Below, piece after piece: positions 1 through 13,013 of a DNA stretch of 64,000 nt (its first letter is position 1; every line of letters begins with the position of its first letter). This stretch comes from Octopus vulgaris. Lineage: Eukaryota. The position numbers and the translations under genes were made by a program. Location: the NCBI GenBank assembly GCA_951406725.2, contig OX597818.1:47120001-47184000 (forward strand). The letters run 5' to 3'. The notes beneath the pieces are model-generated. The model did not search any database and was not told the origin of the DNA. It saw only the letters and a program-made list of their open reading frames with translations.

Positions 1-131
1 AAGGCGATACTCTAGTATTGCATTACTAATTTATTGAAGCTTCTTCACCATTTTCCGTACTGTTGGCGTTCGGTGTTTCAGTCGAGGGTAATAGCATTAA
101 TGTGGTAACATCGTAGATTTTGTCATGGTAT

Positions 132-209
132 ATGCTTGGCTGATGAAGATAGAATAAGATATGGGTGGTAGACATATCTTGTAAAATCTGAAACCTGCAG
201 GTCCCACAT
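132..209 (+). ncRNA. Type-I hammerhead ribozyme motif with intact core (Penelope-like/minimal class)
   Basis: CTGATGA at 140-146. Stem II AGAT(147-150)/ATCT(186-189) encloses AAGATATG(156-163)/CATATCTT(173-180). GAAA at 190-193. Stem III ACC/GGT with palindromic TGCA loop. GTC cleavage triplet at 201-203. Stem I TGG(137-139)/CCA(204-206) plus ATG(132-134)/CAT(207-209). Confidence 0.7.
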
Positions 210-398
210 TATCCTTTTCCAGGTATTTCATCTTTCAGATGTTCTCCCTGGAGGTAAGACGATTTTCTCTAGTTTGTTGCACACATGCATTTTTGCTAAT
301 ACATACGCGGTGAAGCTATACATTAGCGTCGTATTTTTACGTTCGCTATTTCCAGTAAATATCGGTACTTAGTTGTGCCATTTATTTACTACTTTGTG

Positions 399-444
<46 letters not shown>

Positions 445-449
<5 letters not shown>

Positions 450-668
450 GTGTGTGTGTGTGTGTTTCCCCAGACTCAACTGCTTAACAACCAGTGTTGA
501 TTTGTTTGTGTGCCTATAACTTACCAGTTCAGCAAAAGACACTGATGAATTAAGTACCAGACTGAAAAAAATAAGTACTGGAACTGATTTGTTCAACTAA
601 ACCCTTCAAGGCAGTGCTCCAGCATGACCACAGCCCAAGTATTGATACAGATAAAAGATAAAAGATAT
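445..668 (+). mobile_element. 3' half of tRNA/CORE-type SINE family A, preceded by (TA)n(TG)n
   Basis: Similar to the 3' half of the full copies at 6662 and 55599 (...gtgctccagcatg...aaaaga tail). Confidence 0.7.
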
Positions 669-814
669 ATTTTATATTTATGAGACTTCATTGTTCATTC
701 TAAAACTCTGTGCAGCTGTAGAATAAATCATCAGTTTTGTATGAATCTGTTGATTTACTCCATTATTGAGTACTCTTGAGTATTCTTTTTCTCATTTGCA
801 GTTCTAAACATAAA

Positions 815-1030
815 TTGTGTGTTTGTTATTAATCCTTAACGCATTCCATTGTTGGCTACACAAATGTTCATAGTTTTCGGTTCAACCTTGATCTTTTGAA
901 CCATCTCCAACTGAGAGACAAGTCTTTCATGCTTTATCTCTAAGCTCTCTCTTCTATCCAGGCTATATTCCAACTTCTCTCTGAAAGATGATGTCTGTTC
1001 CAATGTAAGATTCCATTCTCTCTCTCTCTT
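815..1030. repeat. ~215-bp dispersed repeat; inverted copy at ~16765-16990
   Basis: Near-identical reverse-complement match to 16765-16990. Confidence 0.75.
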
Positions 1031-1151
1031 TCTCCGCTGAACATCAGCAACAAAGACTTCTATTTACTCTGCTACAAGCACTCTCTTTCCCTTTACTGTA
1101 AGTTCATCTGTTATCTTTGTCACTCTTTGAATTCCCCCAAATCACCATTAT

Positions 1152-1384
1152 GGTGGCGAACTGGCAGAAACGTTAGCACGCCAGGCGAAATACTTTGCGG
1201 TATTTCGTCTGTTTTTACGTTCTGAGTTCGAATTTCGCCAAGGTCAACTTTGCCTGTCATCCTTTCGGGGTCGATAAATTAAGTACCAGTTACGCACTGG
1301 AGTCGATGTAATCAACTTAATCCCTTTGTTTGTCCTTGTTTGTCCCCTCTATGTTTAGCCCCTTGTGAGCAATAAAGAAATAAG
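1152..1384 (+). mobile_element. SINE family B (tRNA head + Meta-domain-like core)
   Basis: ggcgaactggcaga head, gagttcgaatt B-box, core tcatcctttcggggtcgataaattaagtacc resembling the Meta-SINE domain, aataaagaaataag tail. More than 10 copies in the window. Confidence 0.8.
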
Positions 1385-3605
1385 AAGTTTGCCAGTCTCC
1401 CACCCTACATTGAGGACAACTACTTCAAGCATCTCTGAAGTCATTATCCAAAAATAACTTCAATTTCAATGCATATAATTCCTCTTGATTGTCTTAACAC
1501 CACTGGTGCAGATACTAAATTGTTTATTTTTCTGAATTGTCTACACCAGTTAATAGTTCTTCCTTACACATTTGACTGTCACACCTACTCTCCAAACATA
1601 CTAATGAAGTTAGTTTGCCTCACATACTCTTTCTGTTCAACAATTCTGCCTAAATGGTTGAAGCTCTGCTTGTTCTATGCATTGGCAGTTAATGTGCTTT
1701 ACCTTAGATCAATCTGAAACAGATAAAGAAACCATATTTCTAAGCATGTTTGTCCACAATTTTCATACAACCAAACCTAACCCATCCTGATGGTTCACCT
1801 GTATAACTGCATTGCAGTTTGCAGAAGTGAACATTACTGCTGAGAATAGCTGGAGGTGTTTGTCCACTACAGCAATGCCTGCAAGATGACCATCTAGAGA
1901 GCAATGATTGCTTTTGTGTATGCTAACTTTCACCCAGACTTTTACATCAGTTGCCATAAGGGTCTCTACATGATTTGCAGAATCTTTCTACTTACTATTT
2001 CTTAACCCAGATGGCTCTGTAAGAAGCACTCTTACAAATAAAGTTTTTACTACCTGAATTGCTTGAAGTTACAGACTGTATATATATATATATATATACA
2101 ACAGAACTTCTCCCAAACTTACTAACCGACCTCACATTTTTCCAAACTACATATTCACAGCTGTCAAGCTGTCTTATACACACACACACACACACAAAAG
2201 TTTTGTTTATTCCAGTCTAAAAAGACAACTATTCCTGACATCCCTTCCATTACTGTCATATAATGTGTTAGAGTCAGTTGTTATTTTCACCAAATTCTTT
2301 AATTTTTTTTTCCTTTCTGTGTATCTATTTGTCCCAGTTTATGAAAATATGCAATGCTGTATGTCACACTTGAGAAGTGCTACACATACAAGCATCCAAG
2401 ACTGCTTTATTTAGTAATTTAACTGATTTGGCAAAGACTCTCACCAACAGACTACAACCACTGGCTCACTCACATATATGATGTTTCTGCTCTCTTTATT
2501 CTTATTACTACATCTTCTCCTTTGAACTAACAAACCTACATGCCATCTTTGTTTTAAACCCCTTGATTTATCCACTTCTAATCATCTTGTCAGCTCTGTT
2601 GTGTTTGGATCCCTTACTCCAAACCCTACATTTTGCCCTTGTATTTCCACCGCCTGAATCGCTCTGGTCTTCTTGAATTCTTTCGTAGCCCACATTTTTT
2701 CACTACCAGTCATTGATCTACAAAAGTTTAAATACAACAGCAACTGCATTGATTTCACCAGATTGGAAACTTCTAGAAAAGTGATGAATACGGTTATAAT
2801 GCTTTTTCTTGGCAGTCTTTCAAGCAGTCGTGTCCGATGTGTTTGTGCATATGCACACTTGTGTGCATATGTCCATGTGTAGCCTTATTATTGATTATTT
2901 TGAGCAATGAAATACAAAAACTGTAAACCCCCAAGTAACAGACTAATAGGAGGGAGATATGTCTGTTAATGCTGAAATACCATTAAATTGAATGTAAGCT
3001 AGGGTTTCTCACATCTTCTCACTCCCAAAATTTCAATCATTGAAATACACAGCCTTTTCCTATCTTTTAACTTAGTCAATGTTTATCTTGCTTGTTGCCC
3101 CCCCCCCTCCCAGTAGTATTTCCCATTTTCTCTATTTCTCTTTCCTATTTATTGCCTTTCCATTGGTTTGTTTTCTTCTTCTTCTTTATTATTCTTCAGA
3201 ACAGTTTAATTTCTTTCCTCCTCTATTTCTCTCAAAGGTTTATATCTTTATTTCACTTCATTCTCATGATCTTTTACTTTTTAAAATAAATATTGTGTAT
3301 GAAAATATTGTATTATTATTATTACTTGTTCAGTTAAATCCCAAATCTATTAATTTGGCAGTCTATTAGTTTAGAGTGCTTTTTCTTTATTTCTTCAGGA
3401 GAATCAACATTTACCAAAAAGAAATTATTTTAAAACTGTTGCATTTCCATAGTATGTATTGAAATGGCAATATTTCATTTTGTTTCTCAAGTCTGCAATA
3501 TTTTCCATTCTTTAGATAAGATAAAGAACAAACCATCCTTGTGTTATGTTACACAAATAAGTGGCATCAATATTATACTTACTGCTTTCTGTTTTCTTGC
3601 TATAG

Positions 3606-3679
3606 ATACCGACAGTTTGGTTGATGAATCAGAAATAAAGAAAAGACTAGAATATTGTAGCACTATCAAATCTAAAACG
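3606..3679 (+). CDS. DENND2: DENND2/ST5-family Rab GEF, first confidently visible exon (xTDSLVDESEIKKRLEYCSTIKSKT)
   Basis: Pyrimidine tract + AG, GTAAGT donor. Phase 1->0 joins in frame to exon 10003. Position matches the acidic/basic linker preceding uDENN in DENND2 proteins. Confidence 0.7.
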
Positions 3680-4049
3680 GTAAGTAACACCAATAAGCTG
3701 GCGTTTACAAACCATGTTGTACTAAAAGGAGTATTTTTACTTGTGTTTTGTTTCTTGTTTATATTTGTAGAGACCAACATATGTTATCTTTTGTGATTAG
3801 AACAGTTTAAGATGTCTGAATTTTGCAAAAAAAATATAGGTAGTTAATTCAATATTATTAAATACTTAGATGCATTTTTTAATGTGTTGTTGTTGTTGAT
3901 GTTGCTGCTGCTGCTGCTGTTGTTGTTGTTGTTGTTTGGCTCAGGTTTGGTCTTATTCCTGGTGGGATTTATTATTTGGTCCTTAGCACAAATAATTCCT
4001 AAACAAAAAAAGGTATTAAACTCCTTAGGGAATCAAAATCTCAAAAAGG

Positions 4050-5500
4050 GGAGAGTTTTTTTGAAAAAAAAAAATTTTGTTTCCCCATGGAAGTTGAAAT
4101 CTCAAAAGGGGGAGATGTTGTGGTGAGAGTCACGTCACATAGGGTTTTTATTAGGCTAGCAGATAGGCATAGTATAGGTGGCCCACATTTTCAGATCATT
4201 GGCTATTCAGGTCACAAATTTGGGACCTTTACAGTCAACTTAGGAAAAACAATCAGACTGAATGCGTTCTTCCTGGATTTCAGTTACTGGATTAGTAGAC
4301 TACATAAACAGGAATTGAAGAGAGTCATCATCAGCAATAGGTGGTGGGTCTCTTTAAAAAGGAAAATCAGAGAGGTGTTAGTTTTAGCCAAGGGATTGCT
4401 TTGGAAAACAACTGAATAGAACATAAACTTGTTAGTGACTTAGAAGAGGCACATAGAAGTGGGATTGCAAATGATGTGCTAGTAGTGAGAATTGACACTC
4501 GACCATTTCTTCGATGGAAAACATGAAGGCTGTATTGTCTGAGATAGGGTACACGCCTTGAAACCCAAAGGCTTAAAAGCCATTGGTTGGGTCTGGGTAG
4601 CAGAGGGACAGCATGGAAACAAATCTAGGATTCGTTATGCGACAGACTGTAGTGGCCATGTACACTTCTATTCCAAACACATGAGTGCAGTGTTTCAGCA
4701 GCATTTCACCAACCTCTTTTCCGGGAGTGGCATTTTTGAAACAGCAGGCTTTGAAACTTACCTTGAGAGAATGCCGCACCTATTGGACAAGGATATTGAG
4801 TGCTTCGAGAAGCTGATTTCAATGCAGGAAGTGGAGGATGTACTGGGCTGCTGCATGGGGTGCAAATCACCAGGATTGGATGGTCTGCCCTATGAACTAT
4901 ATGCCGACATGTCAGAACTTTTTGCACTGGTTTTAACAGTTGTCTACTGCTGTTCCTGTTGCTACGGCAACAGATGGAAGCATTTCCAGTTGTATGAGCC
5001 AGGGAGTAGTGAGGTTGCTGAGAATGGATCTGAACAAGGAGGATGTGATTGAAAACTTCAGGCCCATAACTCTATTCTATACTGAGTTAAAGATTTCAGC
5101 TAAGGTGCTTTCCAAGAGGCTAGCACTTGTCAGTTGTATAATCTGGGGTGCACAAACCTGTGTGATCCCCAGTAGATCTGTCCATGATAATCTCCATCTC
5201 ATGTGATACATCATAGAATGGGTTGGGAATAGATCAGGTTTTGGAGGGGCACCGATCAATTTGAACCAGTCCAAAGCTTTTGACAGGGTGGACTATTGCT
5301 ATCTGGTGTCTGTCCTAAAAGCTGTTGATTTTGGTCCTGTGTTCAGAGGCTGGATCACCACAATATATAGTGGAATCAGCTCGGTTGTCAAATTGAGGGT
5401 CCACCTCTTGGAACTTTTCAGTATTGAACGCTTGGTATACCAAGGATGCTCCCTCTCCTTGCTTTTATATATTTTAGTTTAGAATCCTTGCTATGAAGGA
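4050..5500 (+). pseudogene. Degenerate L1/Tx1-clade LINE ORF2 (reverse transcriptase region)
   Basis: Frameshifted motifs KSPGLDGLPYELY, NFRPITL, NQSKAFDRVD, QGCSLSLLLY. Confidence 0.85.
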
Positions 5501-6661
5501 TGGAGAATTTGAGGAGACGTCACTCTCATGGTGTTGGACTCTTTGGACATAGAAAAGATCGATACTATACTGAAAGAATATGAGGAATGCTCAAGAGCAC
5601 ATGTGTTAGTATCGCCTTGTCTTGACATAACGCAAATGTTGTAAATGAGTGTCATCATCATTATACAAGCAGTGTCCTTCAAGTCTAATGCTTGGCCATA
5701 GAAATGTATTGCCTTGGTTGAAAACAGTTGAAGGTTGGCAACAGCAAGAACATCCAGCTGTAGAAAATCTTCCTCAAAGAATTCTGATTGACCTTTGCAA
5801 ACATGGAGAAGTGGACGCTAAAACAGTGATGATGATGATGATGATGATGATTGTTAGAGTGGTTTTGATTCAATTAACAGCGATCTTTGACCTACAAAAT
5901 TTTGGATATGTGCCAGTTTAGAGACCATTATATCAATATTTCTGTATCGTGTTGTAGTTGGCTTTGTATTTCATCTTTCCAGGCTCAATAAAATAAAGTT
6001 CTAGTCAATTTCTGGGTTAATATAATCTGTTGACCCCTCCACTCCCATAAAAATTTGAGGTCATGTGCCTGTGTAAGAAATCAATATTGATATTATTGTA
6101 GGCATTAACAGTAATATATTCTATTGAAAGGGCTGGGAACTCGTTGAAATTGTAGAGCACTCAATGCATTACTGTGGTCCTTTTTGTCTCTGCAACAGTT
6201 AAATTTCTCTTTCATCCTTTCTGTAGTTAATAACTACTGCAGTTCTTCCTTGATAGCATTTTCCCTACTTTCCAGAATCATTTCACTTGTTAGCCATCCT
6301 TCATCCATTATTACTGTTCTCTCCATCCATACTTTTATTGATCACCCTCCCTCTCACCACTCTGCCACTTAATCATCTCTCCTACCCTACCACCCTATAT
6401 CTCACTCTCCTCATTTACTATGCTTACTTCTCTCTTCTCCATCCGCTCTTACAACCTACCCAAGAGCATCTCATCTCTTTTTTCCCTCCTACTCCTGTTA
6501 TTCTGCCTTTCTGCACTATCTCTTACACCACCACTCACTCTTGACCCCTTTGGCTCACCCATTCCTATCCACCTCATGCCTTGAATGTCCACCTTGCTAC
6601 TTCAACACCACTATTTTTATCCCAGCTCCATCTGGTCACTCCCACCCTCTCTTCTAAAATA

Positions 6662-7052
6662 GGCGTAGGAGTGGCTGTGTGGTTAGTAGCTTGCTTACCA
6701 ACCACATGGTTCCGGGTTCAGTCCCACTGTGTGGCATCTTGGGCAAGTGTCTTCTACTATAGCCTCGGGCCGACCAAAGCCTTGTGAGTGGATTTGGTAG
6801 ACAGAAACTGAAAGAAGCCCGTCATATATGTGTATGTGTGTGTTTGTGTGTCTGTGTTTGTCCCCCCAACATCGCTTGACAACTGATGCTGGTGTGTTTA
6901 CGTCCCCATAACTTAGCGGTTCGGCAAAAGAGATCAATAGAATAAGTACTAGGCCTACAAAGAATAAGTCCTGGGCTCGATTTGCTCGACTAAAGGCGGT
7001 GCTCCAGCATGGCCACTGTCAAATGACTGAAACAAGAAAGAAAAGAAAGAAA
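6662..7052 (+). mobile_element. Full-length SINE family A (tRNA head, CORE-like domain, internal microsatellite)
   Basis: A-box tggctgtgtgg, B-box ggttcagtccc, CORE-like cttgggcaagtgtctt, (GAAA)n tail. Multiple copies. Confidence 0.85.
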
Positions 7053-7718
7053 GTCCAGTACCTCCTCTACAGCAAGAAACCTGTTCCACTGCAACCCTTT
7101 TCTCTCATACTTTACTCCTTTCTACTCCTCATTTTCTAGCATAAAGTTGTCCTCCTAGGGGTTCATCGTCTAGCAAGCTGCATAGTGACTTCACTAGTGC
7201 TGCCCCCCCCCCCCCCAAATAGTACCTGGTACATACTGTAAAGATGTTATTAAGAAGGGCATCCAGATGTTGAAACCATGCCAAAGCAGACAAGGGAGCT
7301 TGGCACAGTCCTTGGACCCATCAGATCCTGTCCTAACATCCAATCCATGCCAGCATGGAACATGGAGTTAAATGACGTTGATGAAGAATAACAGAAAGGG
7401 CTGTATGGAATCAGCCAAACTCTCTTCTCTCAATTTATCAGAAGAAAACATTAAATACTTTTTACCTTTTAATTAAGTTTCCCACAAGAATCTAAGTTAT
7501 TATTGACTTGCTTTTTATAAGTTGTAATTTCTTTTCAGAATATTTTAACTTTTGCAATGTTAGTTTAGACAATCATTATTAGTATTTGTGAAATTGGTGA
7601 ATTGCTACTGAACAGTGGAGAAAGGTGCTCAGTTCATAGGAACCCAGTCGGTCACGCAGGTTTGATTCCTAGATAAAGTATTTGCTTCCTTTATGCTCCT
7701 ACTGCTCTAAGTGTTGTG

Positions 7719-8232
7719 TTGTGACCCCCTTCGGTCATGAATGATCATGGGATTGCACCTAGAAAGTTACCCTCCCAGGCACAAGTCCGGGCAAGGTTGT
7801 TTATGGAAGATCAGTAGTTGCCCATGCATAACAGCCTCCCTTCTCCATGCCATCGATGTTATCCAAGGGAAAGGCAAAAGCCAATACAGCTTGGCACCAG
7901 TGACATCACAGCTCTTTTATTAACATGCAAGTGGTCGAGCATTTCACAGACATGTGTACCCTTAACGTAGTTCTTGGGGAGATTCAGTGTGACACAGAGT
8001 GTGACAAGGCTGGCCCTTTGAAATACAGGTACAATAGAAACAGGAAGAAAGAGTGAGAGAAAGTTGTGGTGAAAGAGTACAGCAGGATTCACCACCACCC
8101 CATGCCGGAGCCTTGTGGAGCTTTAGGTGTTTTTGCTCAATAAACACTCACAATGCCCGGTCTGGGTATTGAAATCGCGATCCTACAACTGCAAGTCCAC
8201 TGCCCTAACCACTGAGCCATTGTACCTCCACA
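7719..8232 (-). mobile_element. SINE family C head/body (8232-7921) abutting a family E tail (7912-7719)
   Basis: Matches 19374-19759 and 38488-38690 respectively. Confidence 0.7.
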
Positions 8233-8279
8233 CTGCTCTAAGTAATGAAAGCAGAACCTGTTACTATACACGAGGCATT

Positions 8280-8612
8280 TAGTTACTGAGTGTTGTAAGT
8301 ACCACCCTGGCCATTTTCTTTGTCTCGACTTCTAGAATCCGAAAATGTTGGGAGGAAGAACTGGTGAGGCTTGCAATAAGGTTGAAAATCCAGCTGAAAA
8401 AAATTGTACCTTGATGCTATTGACATGATGCTCGCTCACCCAAACTCAGACCAGAGAGTTTAGTAACACACCATTGTAAGCACATGCACTCAAACAATAA
8501 CTTTGTTGTGGTCCCTGTATCGTTTTCTGAGGTGTTATGGCTCATTTTCTAATATTCCTCATTACCATCATAACGATAATGGGCTATTTATTATCTTACT
8601 TTCTTGTCTTAC
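8280..8612. repeat. Dispersed ~330-bp repeat, second copy at 37801-38160 (probable non-autonomous TE)
   Basis: Direct similarity (ctagaatc.gaaaatgttgggaggaagaac...cataacgataatgggcta). Confidence 0.75.
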
Positions 8613-9637
8613 TTACCTCTTAAAAATACTTACCTTGGTATATTAAAACATAAATAATACCTTTGGTGGTCTCTATATGATTTTTCTTGGTATTATGGCT
8701 AAAATATGCAATGTGATACACCTTTTTGTAGTAATTCTACAAAATGAGCAAGACACAGTCATTGTTTCATCTTTCAGATGCATGCATGAATAAACAATTT
8801 TACCTAGGTAGAATGATTATAGGAGGTCTTCACAATCATTTTAAGACCAAAACCAGCTTCCTAACTTCATTCCTTGCCAAGATATCGCATTCTGAAAGTC
8901 ACAAAACTTTGACTGCATTTTTCTGTTTTAAGTTGTGGTGTTACTAAACGCCTCATGTCATATCATTTTTTTCTATACTGCCAGTCATCACTCCCTCTCC
9001 CTTGAGTCACTTCCTGTTGATATTCCTCCCTCATTCTTGCCATTGTCCATCCACCTTGTTCACCATTCACCCCATTCATCCCTATGTATCTCCTTCCACC
9101 TCCATTCCTATTCCTGTTGATCACTCACACCCTCCCTCACCCACACTTACAATCTTCACCCATCCTTCCAGATCTTTCTGTCTTCTGTGCTCTCTTGTAT
9201 ATTACCTTCTAGGAAATGCTACCTTGAAGGTATGCTCTAACACCTCATAACCATCACCTCAATCTCTCTTCTGGCACCACTCCATTCAGTTCAGTCCACC
9301 CAGATATAATGCAGGCTAACCTTGGACTTTCACAGCAATAAACTCTTTCCTATTCCTCCCATCATACTTCAACCTCTCAACACTTTGCATAAAGCCACCA
9401 CCTTCTCTCTTCTCCATTTCATTTGAAGGATCTCTTTTTGTCTTACAAGTTAAAAGGTGACCTCACTGGTGTTGGTGCCATGAAAAATAGCACTCAGTAC
9501 TGTGTGTGAAGTGGTTTGCATTGGGAAAAGGTAGAAACCACACCAGAACTGAGACATTGGAGCAAAACATGGTCTTCCAACCCATTGAATCCTGAATTGT
9601 CCAACATGTGACAGGAGGAATTGGTGATGATAGTGGT

Positions 9638-9638
9638 G

Positions 9639-9678
<40 letters not shown>

Positions 9679-9680
9679 CC

Positions 9681-9711
<31 letters not shown>

Positions 9712-9787
9712 CCATATCATCATCATCACCATCATCATCAACATCATCATCATCATCACCATCAACATCATCATCATCAACATCATC
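9638..9787. repeat. (CAT/CAC)n trinucleotide microsatellite
   Basis: Directly visible; explains the poly-H/poly-D/poly-M ORFs. Confidence 0.95.
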
Positions 9788-9927
9788 TCCTCTGTGATGC
9801 CTGACAACAGTCAATAGCTTGCATTCAGTGACATATTAATTGATTGCACAATTGTTACCTGTTTTGTTTTCTTATTGCAGTTGTCTTTGTTTCATTAAAT
9901 ATGAATCACCAAAACAACACATTAAAA

Positions 9928-9972
<45 letters not shown>

Positions 9973-10002
9973 TTATTTACTGTCTGTATATTTATTTAAC
10001 AG

Positions 10003-10143
10003 AGTGAAAGAGTCAAAAAGTCTTTACGAGTCCTTGACAAAATCTATCCTCAGTTATTTGAGTATGTTATTTGTGTTGGTCTCCGACTAAATACGGAAAA
10101 ATTGAAATATGAACCATATGTCATCTATAAATTTCCTGAAATA
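10003..10143 (+). CDS. DENND2: DENND2-family exon, uDENN start (SERVKKSLRVLDKIYPQLFEYVICVGLRLNTEKLKYEPYVIYKFPEI)
   Basis: AG/GTAAGT, 141 bp, phase 0->0. LFEY..V and P....FP motifs of uDENN. Confidence 0.92.
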
Positions 10144-10415
10144 GTAAGTATATATATATTTACATATTTCATATTTTCTGCTTTCTTTTTATTGCTAGTT
10201 ACTAATGCTGCTGTAATAGCCCATTGATTATCATCCACTTACAAAAGTATTTGTCCATTTTAGAAAGCTATTCTTTGAATAAGCTTGTTTTGATGAACAA
10301 TCTAAAAGAAGCATATAAACTTTCATAAATATTTTCAAATTTCATTGGCGAAATTTTAATTGTTTGTGTTTCTTTGTTGACACAGTGTTTTAATTCTAAA
10401 CCATGTTTTGTCTAG

Positions 10416-10623
10416 TTAACCCTTTCATTACTGTATTTATTTTGAGATGCTCTGTGTTTCTTTCAATTACTTTCAAATATAACAAAGAATTTAGAAGCTT
10501 GTGTTAGGAACATAAATTGTGACTAAGGTTTGGTGGAAGATTTCAATTCAGAACTTTTGAAAACAAGACATTTGTACTCAGAGCCAGAGCTGGTTTCAGC
10601 CGGGCTGGTAATGAAAGGGTTAA
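10416..10623. mobile_element. piggyBac-like MITE family G1
   Basis: TTAA-CCCTTTCATTAC...GTAATGAAAGGG-TTAA termini. Copies at 25851, 60125 and partial at ~32335. Confidence 0.85.
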
Positions 10624-10799
10624 TATCGTAATTCTAACAAAAGTTGGTTCCCTGTATATTTTAGAATATAACGAGGTAAAAGAAATTTGTAGATTAGAAT
10701 TTTTAATGGTAATTATTGTTACTCTTGAGGCTAGTTGGATGTGTGCTGTTAGAAAATTGGTTCATTATTTACTACTTAATTCATTATTTTCAACTTGTT

Positions 10800-11027
10800 T
10801 TAACCCTTTGGTATTCAGATTACTCAGTCAACTGTAATGCTTGTTCATTCACATTGTTTTGAATTAATTATGGATTATATCTCAGCTTTGAGATTTTGAT
10901 GGTGTGATTGTTTAATTTTAGAGCGACATTGCAAAATAGATGTGGAAGTCCAGATCTGGCTAGTTTGAACATAGAACAGATAGAACATTTTGGCTGGATA
11001 TGGCCAGTTTAAATGCTAAACGGTTAA
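10800..11027. mobile_element. piggyBac-like MITE family G2, followed by a SINE B copy (11027-11230)
   Basis: TTAACCCTTT...AAACGGTTAA termini. Reverse complement of 23712-23940. Confidence 0.75.
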
Positions 11028-11374
11028 GGCAGTAAGCTAGCATGTCAGACAAAATGGTTAGCAGTGTTTGTTTTGGTTTGTAAGTTCTGAGTTCAAATGC
11101 TGTTGAGGTTAACTTTGCCTTTCATTCTTTCAGGGTTGATAAAATAAGTACCAGTTGAGCACTTGAGTCAATGTAATTGACTGCTCTCCTTTTCCAAAAT
11201 TGATGGCCTTGTGCCAAAATTTGAAACTATTATTTTCAACTTGTGTGATATGTTTTTATTTTTTTAAGTCATTCACCTTCTTTCCTTCCCACTATTTCAT
11301 TGATAATCTTGTCAATGATGGTAAACTTTGAAAAACCAATGGAATTTCAACTGTGTTTTGTGATCTGCTACCAC

Positions 11375-12090
11375 AACAGCTACTTTATAAGATCCAGTTA
11401 GCTCAAGACATCATCAGGAGGAACCACGTCCAGTTTCGGCCCCTACTCCTCTACCGTTTTGACGTGGTGGCCCCCTCCCCTTTCGGAGGCGTTTTCATCT
11501 CTGGTGTTGGGTGCATGTCTTCTTTCTCCTTCTTTCTTCTGTTCCCTGGCCTCTTCGATGTAGCGTCAATGAGTGTCAGCAGACGACTGACTGTCTTGTC
11601 AAATTTCCCTTTAAATACCTGCTGCTCGGCTCCAGCAAGTTGTCATGTGACACTGTCTCAACTTTAACTAACAAATGAAGGTGCGTAGTCTTAGCCCATG
11701 CATTCTCTAAACGAGACCGTCACCTGTCAATCAGCGAAGCTAATTCAGTGTCAGCTTGTCTCACCTAGTGATGTTATGTTCCTGCCGGCATGTTATGACT
11801 TTAAAACCATTTTTGGTCTTCCCGCTTCAGCCATATATGGAAGCTGGCTTTTTCGACTGCCTCCTGTACTCTCCTCTTAATTTTCTCAGCTCTGAACTAG
11901 AAAAAACAAATCTTCTTTTGAATAACGTTGTCATTTTTCTTTCAATGAAGCCCCTAGCCCCCACTGCCAGGTGGTAATACTCGACAATCCATCCCTGTTC
12001 TCTGCACTTTTCGATTAGTTTTTCGTACCTCTTCTCCTTTCATTTCTCTGCATTGGCGATATTCTCTTCCCATGGCACTGTCAGTTCTAC
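11375..12090 (-). mobile_element. HERO-clade (R2-group) LINE 3' fragment: restriction-like endonuclease C-terminus + 3' UTR
   Basis: Minus strand reads VELTVPWEENIANAEK*KEKRYEKLIEKCREQGW...LAVGARGF...EKASFHIWLKR, typical of the HERO RLE domain, with one stop and a frameshift. Confidence 0.8.
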
Positions 12091-13013
12091 TTTGTGCTCC
12101 TTATTTAAATTAATGATCCATCAACATTTCTAAATTGATGGAGCGATTTATGATATAAACAGTCACTTTCATTTCTTTCCCTCTTCACTAATCTAGTTTT
12201 GGTGCTATTTGACAGGAAATAAAATTATAGCCTTCATCATAAACTTCTAGACATATTTGGACATAATAGATTGGATATTATCAGAACTGATTTTCTGGTT
12301 ATTCTATTTTTGCTGTGTTTTTGACTAAAGTCATCTTGGTGACCTGCTTAGTGACCTCTTCTCATTGACATCCTCTTCAGAAGCTCTTCAGATCCTCCAG
12401 ATTTCTGTTCTCTGTTATCAACTGATTTCTAAGAAAAGGATTGAATAAAATTAATAACAGTTAGTATTGATGGTTAGTATTATTTAACAAGATAAAAGTG
12501 AGTCCACGGCCCATCTTTCTTCGTTATTATATGTAGATAAAAGCTATTCATTTATATTTTGATATCAGGTACATTCAATAGGCCTTCAATGACAACTAAT
12601 TTGTTGAATAATAAAGTTAGTGCTGACGTATTTTATGTAGTAGGCATTAAAAAGTTAATATGAGTGATAGACCTAATCCATCATCTGGATTAACACCATC
12701 ATCCAATATTTTGGTTGATTTAATAGAATTCCACTCTGTTGCAAGATTTTGAATCAGGTCTCCAGCTTGAGGGTAGTTTCCTCCCTCCCTCCCACTAGTT
12801 TCAGAGTCAAAGGAGATACCTTTCCTCCTGACTAAAAGATAAGTTATAATTATGAGGTGAGGAAAAGGCAGTATTAGAAAGTGACATATTCCTGTCTTGT
12901 TCTGATCTTATCAGATAAGCATAGCTTTCATCATGCTTGTTGAAGTGGTGAGGGCAGAATTACTAGGTAAATGTACAAAATTGTATTGGTTGGTATAAAG
13001 AAACGATAAACAT

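Noticed and set aside
9494-9817. Poly-His/poly-Asp/poly-Met ORFs
   Set aside because: (CAT)n microsatellite with no splice or homology support.
11400-11445. Hammerhead-like boxes GAAAC...CTGATGA on the minus strand
   Set aside because: No stem I hairpin and only a weak G-U stem II; explained as the HERO LINE 3' UTR.
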